From NCBI GenBank assembly GCA_028534125.1, contig CM052816.1:57042001-57106000 (forward strand): 64,000 bases of DNA, in the 5' to 3' direction. The translations under genes and the position numbers were made by a program. A model generated the notes under the pieces. It was not told the DNA's origin. It made no database searches and was given only the letters and a program-made list of their open reading frames with translations. How positions within the stretch are numbered: position 1 is the first letter of the stretch; every line of letters begins with the position of its first letter. The stretch comes from Lama glama. Taxonomy: Eukaryota. This document shows, in pieces, positions 1 through 14,039 of the stretch.

Positions 1-1560
1 TCATACATGTGATGCAGCCCTGACCTAGTCGGTCAGCGTCGAAGGCAGCCTCACCGTCCTCAGTTTTCTCGCTCCGCCGGGCCGCGGCGAGCGTCTGGAA
101 AGAGGGACGCGCACCTCGAGGGCGGGTATCGCCTGCCGGAGTTTCCCTTCTCCAGTTTTGTTGACCTGCGGGTTCAGACTTCGAAGCCCGGATCCCCAAC
201 CCAAACGGTTCTGTCCTTCACAAAGGCCTGAAGCCCGGCGTCGGGGACCTGGCGAGGGGCGAGGGCGAGGGCTGGCGGGGTGGCGGGGTGGGGGTGGTGG
301 TCTGCTTTTTACAAGTGGCTCTGGCACAGATTGATTTTAGCAAGTTTCGCAAAAACAGAGCGGCTTCTTTCTCTGCCTTTAGGTGACTTCTGTGACATTT
401 AGCAGCAAAGAAAACTATTTCCTCTGCCATTCAGAGCTAACCACGTGTAATTGGCCCAGAAGTCTGTTGTATTTTGGGAAACTGTTTGCGATATCCCATC
501 TGTTTTCATCTCGCGGTTCAAACGAGTCTGTGTTTACCCTTCTGTCGGGGAAATTGGTTTACATGCGCAGCAATTTCAGTGCGACACCGAAATATTCCCT
601 TGAACTAACGCTACGGGTCGGACAGACTTTGTACTGCTAATAACCCTCCATTACGTCTGTCAGGAGCCATTTACACAATCTCTTGGTCGGTCCCATAAAG
701 GAAGTTAAGATCCTAGGTTTGTCCTATTTGAAAATCGATTGGTCTCTGGCCATGGCCAGAGACGCAGACGCACGGGTCAGAGGAGGTGGCCGGGCGGCCT
801 GGGAGCAATTGGACCGGGGAGGGCAAAACCCGATGCGTTCTGGCTTCTATGGAGTGGGCTAGGCTAGGCTGACACTGAATGACCCCCAGCAGCTCCCTCC
901 TTCCGCCCAGCAGGCGCGTTTGCGTCTTTCCCCCCCACCCCGCTCCGCAATCCGGGGCTGCGGGCGGATTGACACATTGCGAAACTGCCGTGAAGTAGTG
1001 CGAGGCAGGGGCGGATGGGTCTCTGACCGCGAACGTTTCGCAGGTTGAAGATGCAAGGCGCAAGCGGCGCAGGAGCCTTCTGGCCCTTTCGGGAGACGCG
1101 AAATGACGTAGAGAGACGGTTCGGTGCTCCCAGGAGGGACAAGTCTCCTTTCCAGGGCTGGGGCCGAGGAAAGGGACCCGGTCAGTGGAGCGTGAAGCGC
1201 TGGCCTGCAGCGGTGCCGGTGGGTGGCGGTCTCGTTTTGGCCCGCGGGCAATCGCGAGGTGGCTGCCTACGCGGCTCCGCATGCTGGGGAGTGTGTGCTG
1301 GAGCCTCGCCCCAGCTGTCCTGGGGCTGAGTAATCGGAGAAATTGCTCTGAAAGAGCGTCAGCTGCCCTGGCTGAGAGGCCCATAATCAGTCCCTGGCAT
1401 GTGTGCAAATGCTGATTTTGCGGGTGTTACTTAATCCACGCCAGCGGTGAAAAGCCTCAGGTTGGTGGCAGGCTCACCTCCCACTGCCAGGCTTCTTCCT
1501 GGTCTGGTTTGCGAAGCAGACTTTGCGCCCAGGATGGGGTGAGGTCACCGGTGAGGATGT
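1..1560. promoter_or_regulatory. CpG island-like domain: two CpG-dense lobes (~25-300, ~760-1420) flanking an AT-richer motif block; runs off the window start
   Basis: Dense CG/CGCG/GCGC content compared with the CpG-depleted flank; no interspersed repeats; ORFs here are Arg/Pro/Gly/Ala-rich GC artefacts. Confidence 0.85.
256..294 (+). other. Potential G-quadruplex motif
   Basis: Six runs of >=3 G with short loops: ggggcgagggcgagggctggcggggtggcggggtggggg. Confidence 0.6.
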
Positions 1561-4500
1561 GCGTCTAATGTTGGGGATTCTTTGGCCCAAGGATTGAGGG
1601 ACTGACAAAAGAATGCGAAAATGATGCTGTTGACAGTCACGTCTGCTGCTTTAATTCGGGCTGTTGTCCCAGTGTCCTGGTAGAAATTAGCCATTTCCTC
1701 TGTATCCCATGCAAACTTACTCTTTCAAGGAGAGGAATAGTTGGTAGAGGAAAAAAAACATAATGATTTACACACAGTACAAAATGTGAACAAGGCTGGT
1801 TTGGTGAAGATGCAAAGGGAGCAATATTTAGTTGTTCATTCAAAATTGTGTGTGGAAGGCCATGAAGGTCAGTAAAGGACTCCTCTACATAGGAAGCACC
1901 AAATTTTAGTTGTAGTGGTTAAAGTGACCTTTGCCAACTCCATGAGCATGCGGGCCTGCTCCTGGGCAAACACAGGAAAGCGAAGACGTAAGACCAGAAC
2001 CCATGTCCCCACAGAGTGTCCCTGTTTTTCAAAGCTGGAAGGAGAAGATTCCCACGTAACCCCTCATGATGACCACCCTCAGTTCCCTCCATCACCCTCA
2101 ATTTATTTCATTTGACATTATTATTATACTGGTAATGAGTAATTTTATAAAGCAAAACGTTCTGGGGGAAAAAGGAGTGAAAATTCCAACCTGCCTCACC
2201 CCTTACATTTGAAAAAGCAAATAATCCTTTCACTTACCACCCCCGACCCCAACCAAGGGATGAGATTAAATTTACATAACTACTTGACTAGAGGTCTGAA
2301 TTATAAGGGACAATCTATCTTTTCAGATCCTTGAGCATTTTATTTTATAGCATTTCCAGTACTTTCTACTAATAACAAATCCACAGAGGATGTGAAAGGA
2401 TCCCAGTTGGAGAAGCTAGTGTTAAATCATTAGTGAAGACAAATTGGAAGGTTTGTGCTGAAAAGCAATGATTTTAAGATTAAGATTGTACTTTTTATTC
2501 ATGATCAGCATAGCCACAAAGTGAAGAAAGAAAGACAAAAGAATTTTCCCGGAGCATATAGCATTCACATATCAGGGCCACTGTAAAAACAGGGTTTTAG
2601 TTTAACAGAGTTTCTTAGTGGAGGCTGGCTTTGACTTTCTCATTGTCATTCCTGACGTTTGCTTTCTTTTGTCTGTCTTACCCATCTTGTACCACTGACA
2701 AAAACTTACACCAAAGAGGCTCCTCACACAGCTGGTTTTTGAGAGACAGTGATTTGCTTAGCATTGTACTAGTAATCATTGAGGGTGTAAAAGAAACATG
2801 TCTTTCCTGCCCCTTCAGAGCCTAGTTTGCTTGGGGAGAAATGACTTAGAAAATTTAGCATTTTCTTCTGAGTTAAGGAGTAGGACGGACCTACACAGTA
2901 TTAATGAGGGAACAGAATAAGGATGGCAGCATGGTTAGAGCACAGGTCCCAGGCCTCTGTTCTAGGTCACCCAAGTGGTCTTCAGGTCATGTGGGAGAGA
3001 AAACTAGATGAGATCGGGAAGCCAGCAGCCAGATGGGGCTCTGTTCAGCTTTGTGCTTCTTTTCCTGACCCTTCTGCCCCTGTGGTGGGCACCGGAAACA
3101 GCTGAAGGGCAAATCTGGAATTCATGGTGTGTCTGCATGTGTGAGGTGGGGAGGGAAGGGCCAAACACAGCATCTGACCATTCTCTACCTGTGGGGAGGT
3201 TAGGGAGGTTAGTTCGCTCCTTTTTCTGGTGTTGACCCAGAACTACTTGCTTTGCTGTTTGCATCCATATGATGCCCATTTTAATCTCAGGAAAATAAAG
3301 TAACTGGATTATGAGGAAAAGAATCATGTGGCTTTTTTCCTGCTAGGATCTCAGCAGCTGTTCTAGGACAAACATGACCCAACAAGACTGCCACCGTCAC
3401 AGGATGAATCTAAAGGACTTAATTGCCTGTGAGTAATTTACATAAAGTACTTGAAATTTGGTATGTGATTAGAAAGAATAACCACAGTGGCATACCGGCT
3501 GCATTTCTAATCATTTTGGAGACCATTTTTACCTGGTTGGTGTTTAAAAGCAAAATAATTCCTTCTGCTTGAGAAAAATGCTTGATTCTGTTCCTCCACA
3601 TGCATTTATTTGGCAGAGTTAAAAACAAATCCGGATATAGTTGCTGTTTTGATTCTACCCACTCTCTCCCCACTGCCACCTCCCACCAAAACATACACTT
3701 TTGTCTGGTTTGATTTTTTCAGACCACACACAGAGAGAACTGAATGTTCCATGCATGATAGTAGTCTTATCGGTTCTACAGTTGGCAGAAGACTTGATCT
3801 TTGACTACCTGCCTCTTCATGATACTATCTGTTGGAAGAGGTGTCCCCTTCCCTTAATCATATAGAATGTGGCAGGATGCTCTCATGGCCCATCTGCTGT
3901 GTCATTTAAAACATAGCTAGTTTAAGCCCAATTGGTCTGAAACTTGCTTTCTTCAGATCTTGTCCGAAGTCTGTAGTCATAATAGGCTATAATGAGCCTA
4001 TGCTGTTGGCTCTCCCCAGCCCCTGTGCCAGTAGATGGGGGCTCAGGGCACAGCACCACTGTCAGGGCAGCCTGAAAGAGCTGGGAGGAGCCCTGTGGGT
4101 GAGATACCACCTGGCACCTCCACATTCACCCCCTGTTGTCCCCTCCCTATCTAAAGGCCGCAAGCCCTGCCTGCCCTGAAAATACCTGAAACAAAATACA
4201 CATTTAAAAACTTCTGTCAACCTGTAAATAGTTGAATTTTTCCCATGAGTGCAATGATTAGCTACTTAATTTTGATTTCCTCCATGAATGTATTCATGTG
4301 TTCATTGAAATCTTGGCCAGCACACAGAGCATTTGACAATCAGTTTCTTCTCCTTTGGAAAACCACCTATGTGAGTTTTCAGGGATGACCATGGAGATTA
4401 GGGTTCAGCTTCTCTGCAATCAGTGAAGCCCTGAGTAGTGGAGGTCATGTTCCTGGCAGAGCAGGGGATGGGGTAGGTGGAGGCAGTGGATGGGGAGAGG

Positions 4501-5554
4501 GAGGAAGGTTGGCAGAAAATTCAGAAATTCTAGTTTTTGATGTTTCTTACAGGTTCTGACTATGAGATCTTATGCTGGTAGGCCTTCAGAAATTGTAAAG
4601 ATCGTAGATATCAAATGAGAAAGAACAAAATACAACTTTTTTTTTGAAAAAAGTAACTCAAAAAAAAAGTCATGCATGTTTTGATACTAGTAAAATAACC
4701 AATGATTATACATAAATATTATAGTTATTCCTAATGCATATATGCTTAATTTTTTCCATCTTTATTTCTACCATCTAGATACACAAATAGAATATAAAAT
4801 CAAAGCCAGCATTTCCATTTATCATATTCATTTATGCCTATTTTTTTTCCTTAAAATGTATAGAATTTTTATTCTGTGGATTTCTTTTTGGGCATGAAAC
4901 TCACTTTTCCTTCTGAAAAACACTTTCATTTGTTTCTTTAGCCAAGTTAGCTTTGCACATTTTATTAACAGCACTTTTATACATTTATTTATTTTGTGAT
5001 TTATAAAAATGTCCTCATCATTTTAATAGTCACCCCTGGGTTCATGGGCAATGGTTTAGAAAACTTCCAAAATATGGTAATACCACTATAGCAAAACACC
5101 ATTACAGCAACAAAAAACACAAACCCACTGAACACGAGCCCAGAACAACATTCCTCCAACTATCTGGGGAAAATAAACCAAAAAGAGCTATCTTTCATCA
5201 TGCCTGAAAGGTCAGCTACCCAGGGCTCTCAGGAGAACAAGAGGAATGGCATTTTACAGAGAAGGGCCCCTGATGGAAGACCCTCTGCCTCCAGCTCCCT
5301 AGAAATGCACTGCAGGGTGGGGTGTGGGGACTGAGCTCATTTGAGAAGCGAGATCACGGGAATGAAGCGACATAGAGCCTGTCCCACCTCCTGTGGACAT
5401 CTGGGGCTGCCTGGATGAATGTCCATTTGAGCTGATAACCACTCTTGTCCCATAAGCTGAGGGCAGAGCCCCCCCTTTTTTTTTTTCAGTTGTTGTTATT
5501 TGTAAAGGGCTGAAGGAAGGATTGCTGTTTTGTGTTGCAGCCTCATGATAGAGA

Positions 5555-5720
5555 TACAGATTCTGAGTCCCAGCTGTGATTTTTACAAGATGTGTGATCT
5601 TGGGTAAGTCACAGAACTTTTCTTGAATCTTAACAACTTCTTTTAGTATTAGAGAAAATAATGGCTGCTTCACAGAGTTGATAAGAGAATTAAATGAGAC
5701 AACCATGTGACAGCACTGAT
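5555..5720 (+). mobile_element. MIR SINE fragment
   Basis: tgtgtgatcttgggtaagtcac ... cacagagttgataagagaattaaatgagac resembles the MIR core/3' consensus. Confidence 0.75.
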
Positions 5721-6087
5721 GTCATCCATTGGAAGTGCTCTGTGCACGACTATACCGCTACCTGGAGTTTTTCTTGAGTCTAAATCAGCAGAAAGAATTG
5801 CCTGGACTCTCTCTCTCTGTCTTTACTTGGGCACACACAGCCTTCACCATTATGAGTCGGATCTCAGCAGATGCCTGAAGCACCCAGAGAAGGGAAAGGT
5901 AGCTGGTCCGAGGTCGGGGGGGCCATGTTGTACCACATCTGACAGCACTGGGCGTGCAAATTAAAACTGAGTTACTTGGGAGTGCAACTGGGGTTCTGGC
6001 AGAGCCTGAAGTGAGAGAAAGTGCAATGGGGCAGGAGAAAAGATAGAGGGGACATGAGTATGCTCCGTTAACTTTTGCCAGCCACGT

Positions 6088-6295
6088 AGAGAGGCAGCCT
6101 GGAGCGGTGCTTATAAGCACGGACTCTGGAGCCTGCCCGCCCAAGCTCTTCTTACCAGCAACACGTGCTGACGTCTCAGTGCTCAAGGGCCACAATCTGC
6201 AGAATAGGGAGAATGATCGTACCTGCTTGCAGCATTGCAGCGGGGACTCAGTGGGCGACTGCAAGCAAAAGGCTTAGAACAGTGCTTAGCATCAA
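6088..6295 (+). mobile_element. MIR SINE (diverged)
   Basis: gaggcagcctggagcggtgcttataagcacggactctggagcc head and aaaggcttagaacagtgcttagca tail. Confidence 0.7.
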
Positions 6296-6319
6296 GCTAA
6301 TGCGCACGACTTTGAGGGA

Positions 6320-6525
6320 GCTGCTTGGGTCTATGTCCACCCCTCACTGACTGGATGACTTTGGGAAGTTTCTGCACCTCTGTGCCTCAGTTTCCTCATC
6401 TGTAAAATGGGGCTGGTAATACTTCCCAGGGTTGAGGGTTGTCATGATTGAATTCGTTAATGAATGTCAAGTATTTAAAGCAATGTCTGGCAGGTAGCAC
6501 TTATTTGCTGATATTATTGTTGTTG
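6320..6525 (+). mobile_element. MIR SINE
   Basis: Canonical core cctctgtgcctcagtttcctcatctgtaaaatgggg. Confidence 0.85.
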
Positions 6526-9104
6526 TTTTTAATCTTGTTTTTTTGCAGGCTTGGTGCCCCTGCCCTTTCCCTCCAGCTCAATAGATGTAGTTTATCCCAC
6601 AGCCAACCTAAATGAGAAGACTGTGCATCCACCTGGAGATTTTTCCATGACTCCCACTTTCCCCCTGGACATACCAATGTCATCCTAAGAGGGCTCTTAA
6701 CAACCTTCTAGAGGGAGACACATCCACCCCTCCCAGCAGGCTATCCTGCCCCACACCCTTACTCTACCTTTGCACATAGTCTCCATTTTTCACTTGTGAT
6801 TTTTTCACCACTTTCAGCTCTTCTACTTGTGTTTTTCCTCTTCCTACTGATTCTTGAGTGTGACCAAGGGTTCTTCTGAATCCTGTAGACCCTTAGGGGA
6901 TCTTGCATTGATTGGGCCAGGGCTGCTATAGGTCAGGGTGAATAGGTGGGTGGATGTACTTGGTAAACTGTTCTTGATTTCTGATTTTTATAAAATCAAC
7001 AAGAAATGAAAAAGAGACCATCAGAAAAATTAAGTGCCCTGTTGGTTCCTAGTTAATCCAATAATCTCATTCTTCATGCTACTGTAGATCCAAAATGATA
7101 CCACCATTATTTGAAGAAATGGAGAGTAAATATTAACATCTTTCCAAAACATTGCAGGACTCTGCAGTTTCCTCTAAAACCTCCTTTCCACTTGAGGGTG
7201 GACTTGAGCTCAACAGACAGAGGAACATCGTGGAGCACGCCCCCTCCGCTAGCAGGCTGAGACTCATAGGCCCTTGGCTTATGGCATCCCTTCACAATGG
7301 ACATGGCAGAATGCGTTGGACATGCCTTCTTACACTGAGCTCCGAATCTCCAGATTGTGAGTAGTTGAATTCATACCCTCCACGTAGCTTTGCTATTGAC
7401 ATTTATTAGCCTAGAGTGTTGCTGCCAACACAAGTTTTGAGTAGATTGCGGTATAAACAGATTTCCTCTTTACACGTTCTAATCAGCGCGGAAGAACTGT
7501 TTTTATTGAAACCGTATCTCAGCCTAAGTCTCTCCACACGTGTAGGCACACATGTACAGAGTTTAAATTATATTTATGCTTGGTAAATGTTCTAATTACA
7601 GGGCTGCATGTGTTCAGAGAGGAAAATTAAATCAGCGAACAGGGGAGGCCAGGATGCCCTTCCGTTCTGGTTTGGGTTCTTTATGGTTTTAGGCTTTGAG
7701 AAATCAATGCTGTGAAATGGTGGGTGACAATCCAGGCAGACGTTTGACTCCTGGCTGATTTACAATGTTATCTACAGATTTTTTTTTTCTCTTGATGAGG
7801 TAAAGTTTGAGTCCTTAGTGTCTGCTTCATCCTAACATATCACAGAGCAGTTTCCATCAAGCTGCTCTTCTGGACAATGTCTTGGGCCTCATTTTCCATG
7901 TTAGAACACGTCAAATGGTAAAATAGAAAAGGATGTAGTTGACATTGTGCCCATCAGCCCAGTGCCGTGCTGCTGTCAAAATGATGACAAGGAGTAGGTT
8001 ACTAGTCACCAAGCAGTGCCCAGGCTTCTTTGAAACTCACCTAAGGAGAGGTTTTGACATCTTCCCCAGAGCCAGTGAAAAATGCAGTCCTGGCTGCAAG
8101 CAGACAAATGGGTTCTAAAGGGATTTGAAAGAAGCTGCTGCTGCTGTTACACAGTCAGCTCAAGGAGGCTGTCGTTTGCAAAAATGGACAAAACACGCCC
8201 TCCAAGGATCTGTAGAACATGATCCAGCCAGGTGTACCTGACCACAGTAATTCTGCTGCTGCGGACAAAATGCTTTCCTGGTGTGGGCTTGAGCTGACAG
8301 ACTATTGAGGGAAATTTTTGTCTCGCCCACACTCCCAGATTATTCAGCTTTTTAACACACAGCTCAGCCCTCCATGCAGACTGTGTGGTGTAGACCTGGC
8401 ACCCTAAACTGAATAATCTCTTTGCTGACAGCTGAAAAGCAAAGGCATCTGTGGCAATCAGATGGGGTGCCTCCGGTTGGTTCCAGATGTCAGGCTGATT
8501 AATGTTAGCATCAGGGCTGCCAGCAGCTGGGCTCAGATCCCCGGGAAACAACCCTGGTGGTTGTGGCATCAGTGGGTAGAGTCATACACACAGGTACTGA
8601 ACAGGCTCCAGTCCTTCTGTATCAGCTCAGTAGGATGCCCAGAAAATCATGGATTCCTCCAGCATGCAGACCCCAACACATACATGTTTTCAGCCATTTC
8701 CCCCGTTTCCTAACCTAGCAGGCTTGTTCCCTTAAATTAACATCATACGTCTATGCTAAGAAGTCCCAACCCAGGAAGGCACTAGTGGGAAAAGCCCAAA
8801 ATAAAGTCAGGATCTTTGTGATGATAAAACAATACATTTCTGTAGCACTTCTGATTTTCCAAAGCACCATGGTATTTACTTCTTTTCTCACTTGTAGCTT
8901 ACATGCCTGTGAAGAGGGTTGAGAAAGGTGTGCTCATGTAAGTGATCCGGGGTTGTGTTGAAATGCTCTGTGGGTATAAGGTACCATGGTCACTCCCCAC
9001 GTTCGTGGGCCACTATGAAATGGACGGATGGTCTGTGGAAGGTCATGCGGTTTAGTCAGCACAAGAACTACAAACTCATCCACCACCCTACTCATTCTCT
9101 TAAA

Positions 9105-9255
9105 TCAGTGTTTCTCCAAGTGTGGTCCCTGGGCCAGTGGCATCAGAATTACCCCAAGCCCACTGGATCAGAACCTCTGGAAGTGGGCCCACCAATATGT
9201 CATCAGAAGCCCTTGAGGTGATTCTAATGCACACTCTAATCTGAGATCCGCCAAC
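9105..9255. mobile_element. MER5A-like hAT-Charlie MITE
   Basis: cagtgtttctccaagtgtggtccc...gcatcagaattacc...tcagaacctctgg...ggtgattctaatgcacact resembles the MER5A consensus. Confidence 0.75.
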
Positions 9256-9371
9256 CTGAGCCAATAGTTCCCAGTTCGGGTTTCTCGGACTCCAGGGCCC
9301 AGTGGACATAATGATGAAACTTCATAAGCTGTTTTCAGAATTGCATAAAACTTAACGAAAATCGTACTTTT

Positions 9372-9914
9372 TAAAAAAATTGAAGTAGAGTTGATGTACA
9401 ATGTTGTGTTAGCTTTTGGTGTATAGAATAGTGATTCAGTCATACATATATACACGCATTCTTTTTCATGATAGGGTATTAGAGGGTATTGAATATACCC
9501 TGTGCTCTACAGTAGGACCTTGTGGTTTATCTATTTTATATACAGTATTTTTAACTGCTAATCCCAAACTCCTAGTTTATCCCCCCACCCATACTTCCCC
9601 TTTAGTAACCATAAGCTTATTTTCTGTCTATGAGTCTGTTTCGGTTTTGTAAAGCAGTTCATTTGTATCATTTTTTAGATTCCACCTATAAGTGATATCA
9701 TGTGGTATTTGTTTTTCTCTGTCTGACTTACTTCACTTAGTATGATAATCTCTAGGTCCATTCATGTTGCTGCAAATGGCATTATTTCATTCTTTTTTAT
9801 GGCTAAATATTCCATATCTTCTTTATCCAGTCATCTGTCGATGGAGATTTAGGTTGCTTCCGTGTCTTTGCTAGTGTAAATAGTGCTGTTATGAACAGTG
9901 GGGTGCATGTATCT
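9372..9914 (-). mobile_element. 5'-truncated L1 (cetartiodactyl-type 3' end) with TSD
   Basis: L1 3'UTR and ORF2 C-terminal sequence (cttcacttagtatgataatctctaggtccattcatgttgctgcaaatggc); 15-bp imperfect TSD gaaaatcgtactttt (9357-9371) / gaaaatcatactctt (9915-9929); TT/AAGA endonuclease site on the minus strand. Confidence 0.9.
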
Positions 9915-10019
9915 GAAAATCATACTCTTAATATTACTTTTAAAAAACTATATTTCATTACACATGGCTGATAAATGAAAGTTGGGAAGGAAACTGATTG
10001 CTAATCAATACTGTTTGGT

Positions 10020-10120
10020 ATTCTTTCATTCATGCAATCCCTCATGTAATCATTTACAGGTTCTCTAGTATGCTCTGTGCTAGACACTGGGTGATTCAAA
10101 GATGGTATAGTCTCTTTTCT
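10020..10120 (-). mobile_element. L2 3' end fragment
   Basis: ttcattcat...tctgtgctagacactgggtgattcaaagatg, the reverse complement of an L2 tail. Confidence 0.55.
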
Positions 10121-12484
10121 TGAGTTAATTACAGGCTTGTAAACAGACTGTTGCAATGCAATATGCTAAGTACTGAAAGGCACATTTAAACAGTACTGTT
10201 ACAGAAAAAAAACCTTCTGAAAGATTGGGGAGTAATAATCTCCACACTTGGCTGTGTTGCTTCAAGGCTTTGTGCTTGAACTTGGACGGTTGGGATGGGG
10301 AGAGATGGGATGGCAGGACAACTCTTAAGTGAAAACCTGCTCCTCCCTCTTCATTCCCCAGCCAGCCAGCTGAGAACCCGCAGAAACAGGAGCCCACTTC
10401 TGGGTTCTAGGTTGCCCTCCTCTTGGAACTTCCTGCCTTTCTGGGGCAACAGCCTTTCTGACTATAAGAAGCACTGATCGAGCATTTGAAATAGGCTCAC
10501 AGAGGCTCTCTGCATTAGTGAGGAGAACTTGAAAATGAGACCTTCAGCGTATTTTTATAGACTTGCCTCATCTTTTATTATAATGGGCAGCTATTTAAAA
10601 AGCACTTCTCTGGGACTTGAAATCAAATGAAATGTCAGCTTGATTCAGAGGCTATTTGGAAAACATTTCAGTTTTATTTCAGTACAATTACTTTAGAAAA
10701 TACATAGGTTTAATTTCAGTTCAGCTGTTGCACAGGTCTTTGTTTTAAAAGAGACAAATCTATGATTATGTGGCAGGAAAACAATACTCTCTGGTTAATT
10801 TTGCTTTCAGATTACAGTGAGGTTTGTCCCCATTTGCCAGGTTCTTGGTTCTGGAATCTCAAGTCTAAGCAGTTGATGGGCCCACCTCTGTGCTTTCTCT
10901 CAAGTTTGCTTTCCGTCTGTCTGTAATTCCACTTCAAAACATCTGTATGCACCAAGTACATCCAGCATAACTAAAACAAGAGGAGAGAGAAGGGGCAGGG
11001 CAGAGATGTTAATACCAGGAAACTTCATATGTAACAACTGAAACTTATACTGAGAACATTAGCATGGCTTTCTTCTGGTGGGGGAGTGCTTCTGGTTCTA
11101 AATGAGGTGTTAGTGTTTGTGGGGTGATAACCTTGTCCCACTGAATTATGATGAGAAAACAACCCAGTTGCCTACAGAGCCAAAAACAAATCTCAGAACT
11201 GCTTAACTCATCCGTCAAACAAACTGTATTTTAGGAAATGCAGGACAGAGAAAAATGCACAAAAGAAAAGGAGATTTATTTATTTGTACAAAAGTAGAAT
11301 GACAGGCGTTTGAGTGGATCCAAATAGCATTTAAGGGAGAAGAAAAAAAAATGTGATTCATTGCCAGCTATTAAATCTTGTTTATCCTTCTTTAAACTAA
11401 CCAGAAACACATTTTGGAAAAACGCTAGTGAACAGTTTAAGCATTGACAGCCTCCTGCCGTGCTGCTTTGCCTTCCCTGCCTTCCAAGGGGGGGAGAACG
11501 GGGTGAAGCCAGCGAGCACTGTTTCACGAGTCCACGGAAAGGGATAAATTCCAGTCCTGCTGGGGAATTTGTGTCCTTCCTTGGGAAGACTCTGGAAGAA
11601 TTCCTTCAGTTTCCTCAAAAAGGGATGCTCACCTCACAGCAGTGGCAAAAAGCCCATGTTTACAAGGTGTCAGATGAAAGGCCCCGAAGGACACGAGGCA
11701 TTATTCAAGGACACAATGACTGATGAAGTGACGTGTCTTCAGAAAAGTGCCATTTCCCGATAACCAATCATTTCCGCGGTATCTCCCAGACCAACAGCTG
11801 ACCTCAGCAGTGCGGGCTCCAGACACAGCTATGTGGCTGAAATTCTTCAGAGCACTTGACAAGGATCTGAAGAATTTGCTGAAATCCTAGGACTCGGTGG
11901 GAGAAACCCCTCCAGGCTGCAGTATGTCGTGCTGGCCCCGTCCAGCCCTGCGCCGAGCTCTTCCTCCTCCAGGGAGTGAGGAAGCAGCCTCTTATTGCTA
12001 CTTCTACTGTCCCCTGCTCTAGTGCCTCCTTGTTTTAGTGTTAGCATAAATATTTGGGTTGTCAATGCCCCTAGAATTCGAGGGGGCTGAACCTAATAGA
12101 CTGTAGGGATTAACTTGATTTAATTATTTACAAAAATATACACATTTCTGAAAAAAAAGCCACTAGCACCTTTTTATTTTCCAAGCAAATAATTCCATCA
12201 CGAGGATAATCGAGGATCTGTGGTCTCCGTAGTGTCTAGAAAGGTGACTCTGTGGAGTTTAAGGCCACAAAGAGAGGCCCAACTGGACTCAGTAGATCCA
12301 GAGAACCCCTCTCCTCTCCCCTCCTCCCAGCCCCTACCGTGGTGGTCTCGGCAGAAGGACTAGCCACACAGTGGTTTGCTGACCTTCAAGCCTCAGAGCA
12401 CTCAGCGAAGCAAAGAGCTCTTTGCCCTTGCTGGCTGCGGTCCCTCTTCTCCCTTCATAACCTTCCACTTTTCTCTTCTGTCCA

Positions 12485-12620
12485 GCACATCACGTTCCCT
12501 CACATAATTCTATTAATATCGTAAATTCCTTGAGGCCATGAACTGCATCTTATTCATTTTTGTATCCCTTTCTCTTACCAGAGCATCCACCACATCAAGT
12601 CAGGCTTTGAAAAACAATGG
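12485..12620 (+). mobile_element. L2 3' end fragment
   Basis: gtaaattccttgaggccatgaactgcatcttattcatttttgtatccc resembles the L2 3' consensus. Confidence 0.55.
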
Positions 12621-13284
12621 TTCAAAGGGGTCCGCGCATGAGCAGATGGAGGGCCTTCTCCCCTGCCAGCGTTGTGAGCCATCTGTCCTAGCTCTGCTCA
12701 GGTTCAAGGTGCAGGTGAAGACACTTTCCCCCTCAGATAGCTACCTAATCCCTAGTATCTGAATACTCTCCTTTTTTTCCTCTTAATGAACTCTAGAAAC
12801 AACATTTCAACCTCTTCCCCCACCACAACGAAAAGACCACCTTCATATCCTCCTGTGGGTTTCCTGAGCACTTTCACTTTTAGGATTGAAAATCCACCTG
12901 AACTATCACAGCAGTGCCTCTGGGATTTACCAGGTGAGGGAACTTAAGTAGCCTGAGACATCAGAGGAAGACAAATTTAGGTTGGAAGAAAGGTTGTCTT
13001 CCCTGCCGGCTGTTGGGCCAGGGTAGCAGTGGACAGAGGGAGAGAAGAGAAGGGCACAGAGCATCGTCATAGTCCAGAAACGTCAGAGTGTGCATTCTTC
13101 CAGGAGGTGCAGGCTCAGCAGATTGAACATCACTAAATCCCTCTGGAGGAAAAATCTGGGCATGAGGAGGGCCAAGGTGGAGTGTTAGCAGGGAGTCCAG
13201 CCTAGTAGTTCTCTGGCTTTCACCATAGAGCACAGTCCTAAAGAGAAGAAAGAGTTTAAAAAGTTAATCAATAAAGTTTCTGGG

Positions 13285-13639
13285 TGCTATAGACTGAGTA
13301 TTTGTGGCCCTCCAAAATTCATAGGTTGAAACCTAATCCTCAATGGGATGATCTTAGGAGGTGGGGCCTTTGGAGGGTGATTAGGTCATGATGGTGGAGC
13401 CCTCGTAAATGAGATTAGTGCCCTTAGAAAAGAGGCCCAAGAGAGCCCCTCACCCCTCCCACCATGTCAGGACACAATGAGAGAACAGCAGTCCACAACC
13501 GGCAAGAGAGCTCTCACCAGAACCCAACCATGCTGGCACCCTGAACTCGGACTTCCAGCCTCTAGAACAGTGAGAAATAAATGTTGTATATAAGCCATCA
13601 AATCTATGGTAGTTTGTTACAGCAGCCTGAACTAAGACG
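13285..13639 (+). mobile_element. Solo MaLR LTR, MLT1A/MLT1A0-like
   Basis: Starts TGctatagactg and contains ggaggtggggcctttgg...gtgattaggtcatg, ggacttccagcctctagaacagtgagaaataaat (polyA signal); ends ...actaagacg; imperfect flanking duplication tctggg/tcaggg. Confidence 0.9.
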
Positions 13640-14039
13640 TCAGGGCAGTACTTAAAAAAAAAATGCTTATCAGCTCTTTGCTCCTCTTTGCTTGACTACC
13701 TGCCCCATGTTTTGGTGCTTCCAGGAAGAACAGTGATGGATGGAATGTGGACGGGACCATAGGCTCAGGGGAGGAGCTGAGCTGACAGTTGGAGGCAGTG
13801 GGAACTCCCTGCAGGAGTTCTCTGACTCTGGTCTGGCTACCCTGGCCACATCACCTTCTGCTTTCTCCCTCCAAGGAGACTCATCTCAAACACATTCCTG
13901 CAGGGCTCACATCACACCATCACATGGCACCTTCTGTGCTGAGAGCTTCATATCCAGGAGCATGGCAGCAAGGACAGCACTGTGGTCATTTTGCCCCATC
14001 CTCCTGCACTGGGGACAAGAAGCTCAAGAAGCAGTGAAG

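Noticed and set aside
713..1415. Long overlapping ORFs (up to 231 aa) in the first CpG island
   Set aside because: They occur on both strands, are Arg/Pro/Ala/Gly-rich and have no recognisable domain; stop-codon scarcity in GC-rich DNA explains them.
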